From the NCBI GenBank assembly GCA_030698625.1, contig JAUYMS010000047.1, positions 12,210 through 76,209 of the forward strand: DNA of 64,000 bases, in the 5' to 3' direction. Source of the stretch: Candidatus Omnitrophota bacterium. GTDB taxonomy: Bacteria > Omnitrophota > Omnitrophia > Omnitrophales > Aquincolibacteriaceae. The translations under genes and the position numbers were made by a program. The notes beneath the pieces are model-generated. The model worked only from the letters and a program-made list of their open reading frames with translations, had not been told where the DNA came from and did no database searches. Positions 20,254 through 29,162 of the stretch are shown piece by piece. Positions within the stretch are counted from its first letter, which is position 1. Each line of letters begins with the position of its first letter.

Positions 20254-21965
20254 GCTCCCACGCCCTCCATGATCTTTTCCGCCGCCGGGACCTGCTCCGG
20301 AATCATGATTCCCCGCTTCTCGTAAAGAGCTTTCACTTCGTTGACCTCTCGGCGCTTCCTCTCTGAATCCCACAGCAACTCATCACCCATGACCTCGGCG
20401 CAAACCTGAAGCGCATCGTCACTTGGGTATCCCATCGTGCCCAGGCCCGTCCGCCGAAAGACCACGTCGGCCAGCTTTACGGCCATTTCGTCTCTGACTG
20501 CGTAGACAATGTCGGCCTTCGTCACACTTTTTGAGCCCGGAATAGCCTCGCCCCACGCATAGTCATGCGCGATCAGGTGCAAAACTTCCATATACAGGCT
20601 GCCGTGGCGTTCGATAAGACGCTCGATCTGATCGCGGCTCATACCCCACGCCCGTCTGGCCCTCTCCGACTCCAAATATTCATCGATATTCTGGATATCT
20701 GCTCCGATGAGCGGTGTCACCGCGCTGCGAGACGCGGACACTTTCATGCCGATTTTTCCGAACACGCGGTCAATCACCTTTTCGACGACTGCCCGGGCCG
20801 TCGTGTATTTGACCCCGACAACGCTCAGAAGGCCCTCGATGTTGTCTGTCTTCTTGTGGTCCCAAATCTGATCATTGCGATCCACCTCACCCTTAGAACA
20901 ATCGCTGCGTGAATTGCTCGCCGGCAGCAAGCCTGTATTGGCATACGAGATATCCGAGCGCTGTAAATTCAACGTCGGGTATGCGGCTTTTAAATCCGCC
21001 AGGAACCGGTCCAGGTCTTCTGCGCTCACCTCGCGGCGCTCCGGCCTGTCGCTATATTTTGAATAGTCCGTCCCGACGATGCTTCCGGTTCTGTGGGTCG
21101 TCGCAAAGTAGTATCGTTTGCCGGTTCTTTCCGGGGCGGTGCTCGGCGCCGCCAGCGCAAAGCCCGGCGTCAATCGGCGGTTGAATACGAGATTCACGGC
21201 TTGCGCATATTTGACGCGGGGACGCCGCGTGATGTACCCCAAGCTTATCAGCAGATCCTGGACCCACGGCCCTGTCGAATTAAGCACACACCGCGCGCGT
21301 ACCTTTAATTTTTTGCCCGTGATTTGATCATGGGCCTCGACACCAGTCACGCGCCGGTTGTCCATTATCAAATTAGTCGCTTCAACATAATTGACGGCTA
21401 CGGCACCCCAAAACACGGCTGTCTTGATAAACGCTAACGTGAGGCGCTCCGGTTCTATAATTTCACCGTCATACCATACGGCCGCACCCGTCTGCCCTTC
21501 TGAAACCGCGCCAACGGTTTGTGAGTACTCGCCGTTTGTCATAAAGCGATTTGACGGAATCTTTCGGCTATCGGCTTCAATACCCGCGTTCCGCTTGCGG
21601 CCCATGCGATTATGCAGTTTCAGAGCCGTCTTCACACCCGCCCTGCCTCTAAGTCCCTTGCCGAAAACGGGCATGACACATTTCAACGGCTTCACCAGAT
21701 GCGGGGCTATCCGCATCCACACCGATCTTTCTTTGATTGATGAACGAACCCGGCGCAGGTCACCGTGCTGAAAGTATCTGAGTCCGCCGTGAATGATGCG
21801 CTGTGACTCTGCGCTCATTTCGCCGCCGAAGTCTGCCTTATCAATCAATGCCACAGATAGACCTCTCGACGTAGCTTCCCATGCCGCAACCGCGCCGTAG
21901 ATTCCGCCGCCTACGATTAATAGGTCATATTCCTTTGTTGTCAGATCAGATACCGTTCGTTTCAT
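20250..21965 (-). CDS. FAD-dependent oxidoreductase, GlpD/GlpA (glycerol-3-phosphate dehydrogenase)-like
   Basis: DLLIVGGGIYGAVAAWE...RIIHGGLRYFQHGDLRRV closely parallels the N-terminus of GlpD. Length 571 aa. Confidence 0.65.
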   Translation of the reverse strand: MKRTVSDLTTKEYDLLIVGGGIYGAVAAWEATSRGLSVALIDKADFGGEMSAESQRIIHGGLRYFQHGDLRRVRSSIKERSVWMRIAPHLVKPLKCVMPVFGKGLRGRAGVKTALKLHNRMGRKRNAGIEADSRKIPSNRFMTNGEYSQTVGAVSEGQTGAAVWYDGEIIEPERLTLAFIKTAVFWGAVAVNYVEATNLIMDNRRVTGVEAHDQITGKKLKVRARCVLNSTGPWVQDLLISLGYITRRPRVKYAQAVNLVFNRRLTPGFALAAPSTAPERTGKRYYFATTHRTGSIVGTDYSKYSDRPERREVSAEDLDRFLADLKAAYPTLNLQRSDISYANTGLLPASNSRSDCSKGEVDRNDQIWDHKKTDNIEGLLSVVGVKYTTARAVVEKVIDRVFGKIGMKVSASRSAVTPLIGADIQNIDEYLESERARRAWGMSRDQIERLIERHGSLYMEVLHLIAHDYAWGEAIPGSKSVTKADIVYAVRDEMAVKLADVVFRRTGLGTMGYPSDDALQVCAEVMGDELLWDSERKRREVNEVKALYEKRGIMIPEQVPAAEKIMEGVGA

Positions 21966-22930
21966 TACTGTCCAATGACCTCCTCAATGCCAACGTCCTC
22001 AAAATCCCTGGTCCGTGAGTAGACAATCATTTCACCGATCAAGCCGATCGAGATAAACTGCACGCCCATAACAATCAAAAGAATGGCGAGCAGCATAATC
22101 GGCCGGTCTGCCATGCCCTCTCCGAATGCGAACCGCTCAAACACCAAGCCGACATTCATGGCAACTCCTACACCTGCCGAAAATAGCCCGACGCCTCCGA
22201 AGAATCTGAGCGGTTTTTCGTTGAAGCGCGTAATAAAAAGGAGATTGAGAATATCGAGCACCCTTCTCACATACGAAGCCGGCCCATACACCGTCACGCC
22301 CTGCGGTCTCTCCCGCCGCGAGAGCGGTATGCCCGTAACGCGAAAGCCCTTTCGCTCCGCCAGCACGGGCAGGAAACGGAAAAAGTCGCCATAAAGAGGC
22401 ACCGCATTCAATATGGAGCGCCGAAAGATTTTGAGGGTTGAGTTCAGATCGTGAACTTCGCTGCCCGTTAACTTTCGAGTGCACCAGTTAAACAGCTCAG
22501 ACTGCCACTGATTGACCTTCGGCTGACCGCGCCAGCTGCGCACCCCGTTAACAAAGTCATAACCTTCACGCATGCGCGCGATCAGTTGGCGTATGTCGTC
22601 TGCCCTGAACTGGCCGCCCGCTTCCACGATCATGACCCAGCGCCCCCGCATCGCGCCCCGCGCAGTATTCATAGAACTTGCCTTTTCGGCCTTCGGCATG
22701 AGCCTGACCACCCTGGCTTCCACTTCCGGATCCAAATCGATCTCATCACTGGGTTTCGCCAGCACCAGGAATTCATACGACAACCCTGACTCGGCCGCCA
22801 CATGATCCAGATCACGCCACAGATTCCGCAGCACACGCGGCCCGTTGGTTAAGATAATGCAAATCGTCAGGTCGATCGTCTCTGAAAACTGCTCTGACAA
22901 TGTGCCTAGCCCTCTCTCTTTAACCTGCAT
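21965..22930 (-). CDS. Polyprenyl-phosphate glycosyltransferase (GT2, DPM1/ArnC/GtrB-like) with C-terminal TM helices
   Basis: The GT2 catalytic domain is followed by two C-terminal TM helices (FFGGVGLFSAGVGVAMNV...LLAILLIVMGVQFISIGLIGE). Confidence 0.65.
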   Translation of the reverse strand: MQVKERGLGTLSEQFSETIDLTICIILTNGPRVLRNLWRDLDHVAAESGLSYEFLVLAKPSDEIDLDPEVEARVVRLMPKAEKASSMNTARGAMRGRWVMIVEAGGQFRADDIRQLIARMREGYDFVNGVRSWRGQPKVNQWQSELFNWCTRKLTGSEVHDLNSTLKIFRRSILNAVPLYGDFFRFLPVLAERKGFRVTGIPLSRRERPQGVTVYGPASYVRRVLDILNLLFITRFNEKPLRFFGGVGLFSAGVGVAMNVGLVFERFAFGEGMADRPIMLLAILLIVMGVQFISIGLIGEMIVYSRTRDFEDVGIEEVIGQ

Positions 22931-23810
22931 AATTTCGCTCCCGGGAAAAGTGAAATAGCCACTCCGCCATTAGCCCGCAGCTCACCAGCGTAAAAGCCCC
23001 AAAGGCGTAAAGAAACGAAGCGCCGTAATAGGTCATGCCGCCTTGCAGTGCGGTTAAGACCGCAAAAAACATGAAGGGCGCGGCGGCGAGGAAAAAATAG
23101 ATCCGCGGTTCTTCACGAAACCGCGCAAAAAGCGCCAAGGCGATGAGGTCAAGAAACACTTTGAAAGTGCGCGAGAGTCCGTACTTCGAGTTTCCGCGCA
23201 CTCGGGGCCGATGGTTCACTTCGATCTCTGCGATGCGGAAGCCCTTGAGCGACAAAAGGAAAGGGATGAAGCGATGTCTTTCTGAATAAAGCGAAATACT
23301 GCCGAGCGCACTCGCCCGATAAAGCTTCAGAGAGCAACCGGAGTCATGCAATGAGAGACCGGTGATCAAAGCTAAAATCCAGTTTGCAATACGCGACGGC
23401 AGCGTTCGCGTCAGGCTATTATCTTTACGATTCTTGCGCCAGCCGCTGACCACGTCATAGCCTTCCTGCGCCTTCGAAATCAGTTTCGGCAAATCGGCCG
23501 GATCATTCTGCCCGTCGCCGTCCATGGTAAGGATCCAATCGCCCTGCGCCTGTTTAATGCCCGCTGCCAGCGCACGGGTTTGCCCGAAATTGGTCCTTAA
23601 ACGGACGAGTTTTAGCTCCGGAGAGTGCTTTTGCAGGGATTCGAGTTCCTGCCAGGTGCGGTCCTTCGACCCGTCGTCGACGGCTATGATTTCAAACGGT
23701 ACGCCGTGGCTCCGAAGTTCTCCCAGCGAAGTCTGGATAACAGGGCGTGCGTTCTCTGCCTCATTATAGAAAGGAATGACTTGTGATATGAAATGGATTG
23801 AGTTCTTCAC
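22920..23810 (-). CDS. Polyprenyl-phosphate glycosyltransferase (GT2, DPM1/ArnC/GtrB-like), tandem paralog
   Basis: VIPFYNEAEN...IIAVDDGSKDRT...TMDGDGQNDP plus C-terminal TM helices. Confidence 0.7.
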   Translation of the reverse strand: MKNSIHFISQVIPFYNEAENARPVIQTSLGELRSHGVPFEIIAVDDGSKDRTWQELESLQKHSPELKLVRLRTNFGQTRALAAGIKQAQGDWILTMDGDGQNDPADLPKLISKAQEGYDVVSGWRKNRKDNSLTRTLPSRIANWILALITGLSLHDSGCSLKLYRASALGSISLYSERHRFIPFLLSLKGFRIAEIEVNHRPRVRGNSKYGLSRTFKVFLDLIALALFARFREEPRIYFFLAAAPFMFFAVLTALQGGMTYYGASFLYAFGAFTLVSCGLMAEWLFHFSRERNYAG

Positions 23811-23864
23811 GGTTACCCGAGAGGATTCGTATCATCCTCTTCCTTTCATCGCCAGATGATGGCT

Positions 23865-24671
23865 TTATTTGCTGATTTTTTCTTGTTTTTTCGAGGGCAC
23901 AGGCTCGTCTTCTTCAGCGCCCTCGCCGATAAGCCTGAGTGCCAACCGCGCGGACGATTCCGGCACCGGCATCCCGAAGGACTCTTGCACCGTTAACAAT
24001 CGAACCGCCAACCGAAAAAGCTGCCGCTCATGGATCGCAAAACCCGTTAATATCGCGGCAGCTCCAATCATCTGTAATGTTTCAAGGGTAACAACCATGT
24101 ATCCCAGGCCGACTTCGACTAATTCTAATTCCTGGTAGAGATGCAGGAACGTACGCACCAGCGAACAGCCGAAGAGAAGGACAAAACCCGGAAGGGCGAG
24201 TGTTCTGCCTTCGCGTGTATCATCAAAGGCATCGCTCATGGGCAGCATCAGGAGAAGAATAATGCCCGTCTTAAAAAGCGCGAGAGGAACTGAAAATGTT
24301 CCGACCGCATAATCGAAGGAAGTCAAGACCAGGAAAATTGCCGTAATCGACCAGGCACGAGTGTCACGCACCCGTGTTGCCAGTCTTGCCATTCGGCAGC
24401 TTACCACACTGGAAATCACCAAGAGAGCAGCGATAAACCAAGCCGCGCCTGAGCCCCCGCCGTAAATCCCTGAGGCCCATTCGGCAACTTTACTTCCGCC
24501 ATCACCGACCCAAACATAAGCACCGGCGGCCACAATGACCGACCCGACGATTCCAAGAGCCGCAAAGATCGGACTCAACGGCAAAAATTCTCCTACCGCA
24601 TCAAGCATTAAACTTTTGGATTCCCGTTTTTTCACGAGCTTTGGTTCCTTTCTTAGGGATTGGTGTGCCAA
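23865..24671 (-). CDS. Small polytopic membrane protein of unknown function (paralog family member 2 of 3)
   Basis: AAWFIAALLVISSVVSCRMARLATRVRDTRAW and LETLQMIGAAAILTGFAIH match the blocks in members 1 and 3. Confidence 0.5.
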   Translation of the reverse strand: MAHQSLRKEPKLVKKRESKSLMLDAVGEFLPLSPIFAALGIVGSVIVAAGAYVWVGDGGSKVAEWASGIYGGGSGAAWFIAALLVISSVVSCRMARLATRVRDTRAWSITAIFLVLTSFDYAVGTFSVPLALFKTGIILLLMLPMSDAFDDTREGRTLALPGFVLLFGCSLVRTFLHLYQELELVEVGLGYMVVTLETLQMIGAAAILTGFAIHERQLFRLAVRLLTVQESFGMPVPESSARLALRLIGEGAEEDEPVPSKKQEKISK

Positions 24672-24675
24672 TCCC

Positions 24676-25692
24676 TTACTTGGCGTTAAGCTGCTCTTCC
24701 GACTCGACTTCTGCTGCTTGTTTCTCTTTCAAAACCTTCTTAGTCCACCAGCTGTTCAATTTGTTTTCCATGCCTTCAAATCCCCAGCCGGCCTTTTTAA
24801 AATGCATCTTGGTCTGATGCTTCATGCCCGTTTTCATTCCTGCCGTGTAGTGATCGTAATAGCTCTGATAGTAGCGATAATCCCCGGAATGCATCTCCAC
24901 ATTCGTGAGGATATAGCCCAGCACCTTCGCTCCCGATTGCTTAAACAGCTGGTTCGCGTGGGAAATTACCGTCTTCGGGGTCCGGCCGACCTGAATGATA
25001 AAGACCACCCCGTCGACGTACTTCGCCATGATGCCGGGGTCGGAAACCGACATGATCGGAGGCGCATCGATGATGACATAATCAAAGTGCGCCCTAAGTT
25101 CTGCGATGAGCATCTTGAAGTTGTCTGACGACACAAGGGCCGCCGGACTCTTCATGATGTCGCCGCGAGGCATGACCGCAAGGTTCGCCCTCGAGTTCTT
25201 CACGAAGACTTCTTTTGGGTTCAGGCTCTCCGTAAGAAGATTCGAGAGTCCTCGGAGTTTTCTTCCGAACCCGAAATACTCCGCAATCTTACCGCGCCTG
25301 AGGTCCGCATCGATCAGGGCGACCTTCACGTTCGGGTCCTCGGACAGGCACATGGCGAGGTTCGTGGCAGTGACACTCTTCCCCTCACTGTGGATCGAGC
25401 TCGATACCAGGATCACCTGAGTCGCATCTTTCTGGATGCGGTTGATGAGACTCGTACGCGTCATGCGGTACTGTTCCGAAATAATGGATTCCGGAAAGTG
25501 ATAAGTCACGAGCCGCTGATCGGGCTTTGTGTTCTTCATCACTTTGATGCCGGCATCCCACGACGGGCGTTTCTCGGTAATCTCGTTAGGCAATTGAAAG
25601 GTCGGCACCTTGCCGCGTGAGCGTTTCGGAGAATCATCGGCCTCCTGGCGCTTGTCTTGGATCTTCTGTAATGCCTCAGTGAACTTGCTCAT
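24676..25692 (-). CDS. BY-family protein tyrosine autokinase (polysaccharide co-polymerase kinase subunit)
   Basis: Walker A is SSSIHSEGKSVTATNLA, Walker A' is VALIDADLRRG, Walker B is DYVIIDAPP, and the C-terminal Tyr cluster is YRYYQSYYDHY. I prefer the start at MSKFTE (25692); the ORF-track start is 25746. Confidence 0.75.
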   Translation of the reverse strand: MSKFTEALQKIQDKRQEADDSPKRSRGKVPTFQLPNEITEKRPSWDAGIKVMKNTKPDQRLVTYHFPESIISEQYRMTRTSLINRIQKDATQVILVSSSIHSEGKSVTATNLAMCLSEDPNVKVALIDADLRRGKIAEYFGFGRKLRGLSNLLTESLNPKEVFVKNSRANLAVMPRGDIMKSPAALVSSDNFKMLIAELRAHFDYVIIDAPPIMSVSDPGIMAKYVDGVVFIIQVGRTPKTVISHANQLFKQSGAKVLGYILTNVEMHSGDYRYYQSYYDHYTAGMKTGMKHQTKMHFKKAGWGFEGMENKLNSWWTKKVLKEKQAAEVESEEQLNAK

Positions 25693-26518
25693 ATGCGTCT
25701 TCTCCTTGAAATCGAATTTCATATATAGCTTCATCAATAATTTCACGGTTTATCGACTCTGATTCCCGCACAAATCCGGTTAAAAGCGCGTGGTCGCACA
25801 GCACATTGATCATGCGCGGAATTCCCTGCGAGTACTCAAAAATGCGCCCGCATACATCTTCATCAAAGAGGACACTCAGATCGCGGCCGTTCGCGTTCGC
25901 ACGGTTCAGGCGATGCTGGATATACTTTTTCGTCTCTTCAAAACTGAGCGGCGTGATGTGGTAGTGTATCGCCACGCGCTGGCGCAGCTGCTCCAGGTTG
26001 ACCGCTTCAAGCTTGCGGCGAAGTTCCGGCTGGCCGATCAAAACGATCTGGATCAGCTTCTCTTTTTCGGTCTCGAGATTGGAAAGCATTCGCACCTCTT
26101 CCAAACAGGCCGGACTCAGGTTCTGGGCTTCGTCGATGATGAGCACCACGTTGTGACCTTCGAGGACCTGCTGCACCAAATATTTGTTCAGCTGGATAAG
26201 GAGCCTGTCTTTGGAACCGTCCCTGTAGGCGACCCCAAGGTCCTCCAGAATCATGGTGATAATCCCCTTCGGGCTTAAGTGTGTATTTGTGATCACGGCG
26301 GTCTTAATCTTCCCACTCAAATTACGCAGGAGCGTGCGCGTGACCGTGGTCTTGCCGCACCCGATCGGCCCCGTCACCACAACAAATCCTTTACGCTGTT
26401 TGATCGCATAGGTCAGCGCATCAAGCGCAGACTGATGCTGCTCCGACGGATAGAAGAAATCCGAATCCGGCGTAATGGTGAAGGGATTTTCTTTAAAACC
26501 ATAGAATCGCTTATACAC
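25676..26518 (-). CDS. ExeA/GspA-like AAA ATPase (PEP-CTERM-type EPS locus ATPase)
   Basis: Walker A is VVTGPIGCGKTT, followed by IIDEAQNL. Length 280 aa. Placement beside the Wzz/BY-kinase/Wza genes is characteristic. Confidence 0.7.
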   Translation of the reverse strand: MYKRFYGFKENPFTITPDSDFFYPSEQHQSALDALTYAIKQRKGFVVVTGPIGCGKTTVTRTLLRNLSGKIKTAVITNTHLSPKGIITMILEDLGVAYRDGSKDRLLIQLNKYLVQQVLEGHNVVLIIDEAQNLSPACLEEVRMLSNLETEKEKLIQIVLIGQPELRRKLEAVNLEQLRQRVAIHYHITPLSFEETKKYIQHRLNRANANGRDLSVLFDEDVCGRIFEYSQGIPRMINVLCDHALLTGFVRESESINREIIDEAIYEIRFQGEDAYEQVH

Positions 26519-27725
26519 TGAGTTCGGCCCTCATCCTTTCGCCCAGGAGCAGTTCTTCCGGCTTAATCGTCGCAATCGCGCCGAATATCGGAAGCTCCAG
26601 CAGCTGCCTGGCCTCTTCCACGGTTCGTATTGAATTATTAGACATTTCGATCAAGAAAACGAGTCCGGCGCCGAGACCGAAGCCCAGAACCAAACCCATA
26701 ATTACGATAAGCGGCTTATTCGGCTTATAAGGCTCGAGCGGCAAACGGGCCGGCTCCAACACCTTGAAACGCATCCCCTTGTCGGCATCTTCCAGGGTTT
26801 GCGAGAGTTTCGCCGTTTCGAGACGTTCCAACAGCCGCTGATAAATCCCCGCGTTCACACTGTAGTCGCGATGAAGCTTAGCAAGCTGCTGCTCCTGCAA
26901 GGGAACACTCGAGATGAGTCTTGCATAATCTTCGGGAGTGATTTCTACGCCCAGATCGCGCATTTGATCCATCTGTTCATTACGGCGCAATTCCAGCCTC
27001 TTGATCAGACTGCGCGTCTCGATAACCCGGGGATGCTTCTCGGTGTTATCCACCAGCAGATTGTTGAGCTGAATCTTTAGGTCCACTAACTGCTGGTTCA
27101 TTCCGGTCGCAACCGGCAGTGTGTAATTATAGATTTCTCTGAATTCACGCAGAGTCGTTTCGGATGCCTCGAGCTTTGCGCGATATTCCTCGAGCTGATT
27201 TTCGATAAACTGAATTGCGCTATTGGTCTCCATATTGGTCGAAGTGATACTTCCTTCAACCACGATGTCGGAGAGCGTCTGAACGACTTCCTGCACCTTC
27301 TTCGGGATCTGCCCTTCAAAGGTCAGAAGGACCAGGTCGCCGCCTCTCAAATTGATCGATATCTTATCCCTAAGATTCTTGATTAACTTCTCATAAGCAA
27401 TCGGATTGTTTGCATTGACATCCAATTTCATCTTCTCTGCGAGCAATGTCAGGCGGGGCCACGACATCAGCTGATCCCTCAGGGTGCGCAGGCGCTCGCG
27501 TGAGGCCGGCGTGATGGCTAGGCCTGCGATCAAGGGATTCAGGATTTGTTCGGTCTCAATTAAGAGCACTGTCTGTGCCCGGTAGACCTTCGGCATTGCT
27601 ATCGCAATCGAGGCAGCAATGACCATCGCGGCAAGAGTGGTGATAAGAAGCACGAACTTGTGCCGCATCATCATATAGTAGTATTCGCGTATCCTAAATC
27701 CTTGTGTCATATTTTCTATGGCCAT
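26511..27725 (-). CDS. wzz: Polysaccharide co-polymerase / chain-length determinant (Wzz-like, PCP-2b periplasmic subunit)
   Basis: An N-terminal TM (FVLLITTLAAMVIAASIAIA), a long coiled-coil periplasmic region, and a C-terminal TM (LIVIMGLVLGFGLGAGLVFLIEM). Confidence 0.7.
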   Translation of the reverse strand: MAIENMTQGFRIREYYYMMMRHKFVLLITTLAAMVIAASIAIAMPKVYRAQTVLLIETEQILNPLIAGLAITPASRERLRTLRDQLMSWPRLTLLAEKMKLDVNANNPIAYEKLIKNLRDKISINLRGGDLVLLTFEGQIPKKVQEVVQTLSDIVVEGSITSTNMETNSAIQFIENQLEEYRAKLEASETTLREFREIYNYTLPVATGMNQQLVDLKIQLNNLLVDNTEKHPRVIETRSLIKRLELRRNEQMDQMRDLGVEITPEDYARLISSVPLQEQQLAKLHRDYSVNAGIYQRLLERLETAKLSQTLEDADKGMRFKVLEPARLPLEPYKPNKPLIVIMGLVLGFGLGAGLVFLIEMSNNSIRTVEEARQLLELPIFGAIATIKPEELLLGERMRAELSV

Positions 27726-27909
27726 GAGTTCTAAATTCCTCCGAAAGAGTATTTTTTAAGGCTCGATAACATCCCAGATATTGAGAATCACCCGTACCAC
27801 TAGGCGGCCGCCCATCACAATCAAGGGCCAAAAAAACATCGTGTGCCCCAATGCCCTATTGCTGATTTTTAGCCATCTGTGCTTCTGCATTAAAGACCGG
27901 CCTTTTATT

Positions 27910-28920
27910 TTAGTTATTATTATTACCGGCATTGCGGAAGTAGCCGCCTTCGCTCGCCGCATTTCCCCAGCCTAGCTCATAGACTGAGGCCGCTTGAAAT
28001 AGCGGGCCCGTAATGCGCGAGAACGCGTTGACAAACTTGTCGAAATAGCGCTGTTTCACGAGAATGGTGTCGCCCGGCTCCAAGAAGAAGTCCTCGGCCG
28101 AGTCACCTTTCTCGAGGAGTTTCGAGAGGTCAATTTTTTTCTCCGACGCATTCCCGCTATCGGTAAATTCCGACGGACGAATTACGTAAACCCGCTTCAG
28201 CGAGCCGTCTGCGCGGATGAGCCCTGCAGCCACCACGGCTTCTTTAACCGTGATATTGTCGCCTTTCATCGCGTATTTACCGGGACGGCTGACATACCCA
28301 AATACATAGACAGCCTTGCTGCGGTATTCTGAGATCATGACGGCTACTTCGGGATAACGGACATACTCGCGAAGCCGCTCTACCAATTCGGCTTTTAGCT
28401 GTTCCTTGGTCTTGCCGACTGCCTTCACGTCACCTACGAAGTTGTACTGCACATTGCCCTCCGGATCGATAACGAACCGCCCGGAGAAGTCAGGCTGATT
28501 TCTGACGATGATGGTGACAACGTCGTCTATGCCCAGCGTATAATCGGATCCTTCACCAATGATTTCGATGTATGGAGAATAATGCGAATAGGGAGAAACC
28601 TCGGAGGCGAAGTAAGGATCCTGGCCTTGCTGCGGCGCTCCCGCCTGCCCCATTCCGGGAGATCCCGCATACTGAACGGGAGCCGGGCCCTGAGAGTAAG
28701 GTGAGGTCATAAAGCTAGCATAGGGAGAAAATTGCGTTTCATAATTCGTGCCGTATTGCACTTGCACGGCAGAGGTCTGCCCCGGCTGTGCATTTGATGG
28801 CCCCATATCCTGGCTATTTCCCTGATAGGACAAGGGCGGGGCAAAAGCCTTGGGCGTAAATACGCAGATCGCCAGTGCGATCAAAAGGGCTTGTTTGGTT
28901 AAATGATGATATTTAGTCAT
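27910..28920 (-). CDS. wza: Polysaccharide export protein (Wza-like, Poly_export + SLBB) with N-terminal Q/P/Y/S-rich low-complexity region
   Basis: A signal peptide, then LGIDDVVTIIVRNQPDFSG...YNFVGDVKAVGKTKEQL...VYVFGYVSRPGKY (PES + SLBB pattern). Confidence 0.7.
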   Translation of the reverse strand: MTKYHHLTKQALLIALAICVFTPKAFAPPLSYQGNSQDMGPSNAQPGQTSAVQVQYGTNYETQFSPYASFMTSPYSQGPAPVQYAGSPGMGQAGAPQQGQDPYFASEVSPYSHYSPYIEIIGEGSDYTLGIDDVVTIIVRNQPDFSGRFVIDPEGNVQYNFVGDVKAVGKTKEQLKAELVERLREYVRYPEVAVMISEYRSKAVYVFGYVSRPGKYAMKGDNITVKEAVVAAGLIRADGSLKRVYVIRPSEFTDSGNASEKKIDLSKLLEKGDSAEDFFLEPGDTILVKQRYFDKFVNAFSRITGPLFQAASVYELGWGNAASEGGYFRNAGNNNN

Positions 28921-28961
28921 TACGTTAGTAACCTCGCTTGAATTATTTTTTTAAATCTCTT

Positions 28962-29162
28962 TTAAATCTCATAGACCGACTCGACGACACGCTTGATCGC
29001 CGCAAAATCATCTTCCATGTACACGCGCCAGCCTTTCCAATCGCGCTTGGGCTTCCGGATTTTCCCGGCCTTTTCCCAGCGCACGATGGTTTTAGGGGTA
29101 ACGCCAACTTTTTCCGCTACTTCCGTGATTGTGAGTCTTCCGTTCAACACTGGACCTCCCAA
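28962..29162 (-). CDS. Small helix-turn-helix DNA-binding protein (MerR/excisionase HTH_17 family)
   Basis: LTITEVAEKVGVTPKTIVRWEKAGKI. The true start is probably the internal GTG/TTG downstream of GGGAGG, which gives about 61 aa. Confidence 0.6.
   Translation of the reverse strand: MGGPVLNGRLTITEVAEKVGVTPKTIVRWEKAGKIRKPKRDWKGWRVYMEDDFAAIKRVVESVYEI

Noticed and set aside
27803-27812. Perfect 10-bp palindrome GGCGGCCGCC (contains a NotI site) between wza and wzz
   Set aside because: No loop and no flanking T-tract, so it is not a terminator. Such palindromes are expected by chance in GC-rich DNA.
27756-27962. 68-aa ORF in the wzz-wza intergenic gap
   Set aside because: It overlaps the Wza start region. 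Its composition is consistent with chance, and the 184-bp gap is more plausibly a promoter/leader for the wzz/BY-kinase genes.
28962-29162. Possibility that the excisionase-family HTH marks a prophage or integrative element
   Set aside because: No integrase, recombinase, transposase, att-like direct repeats or phage structural genes are in the window. GC content and codon usage are continuous with the flanks.
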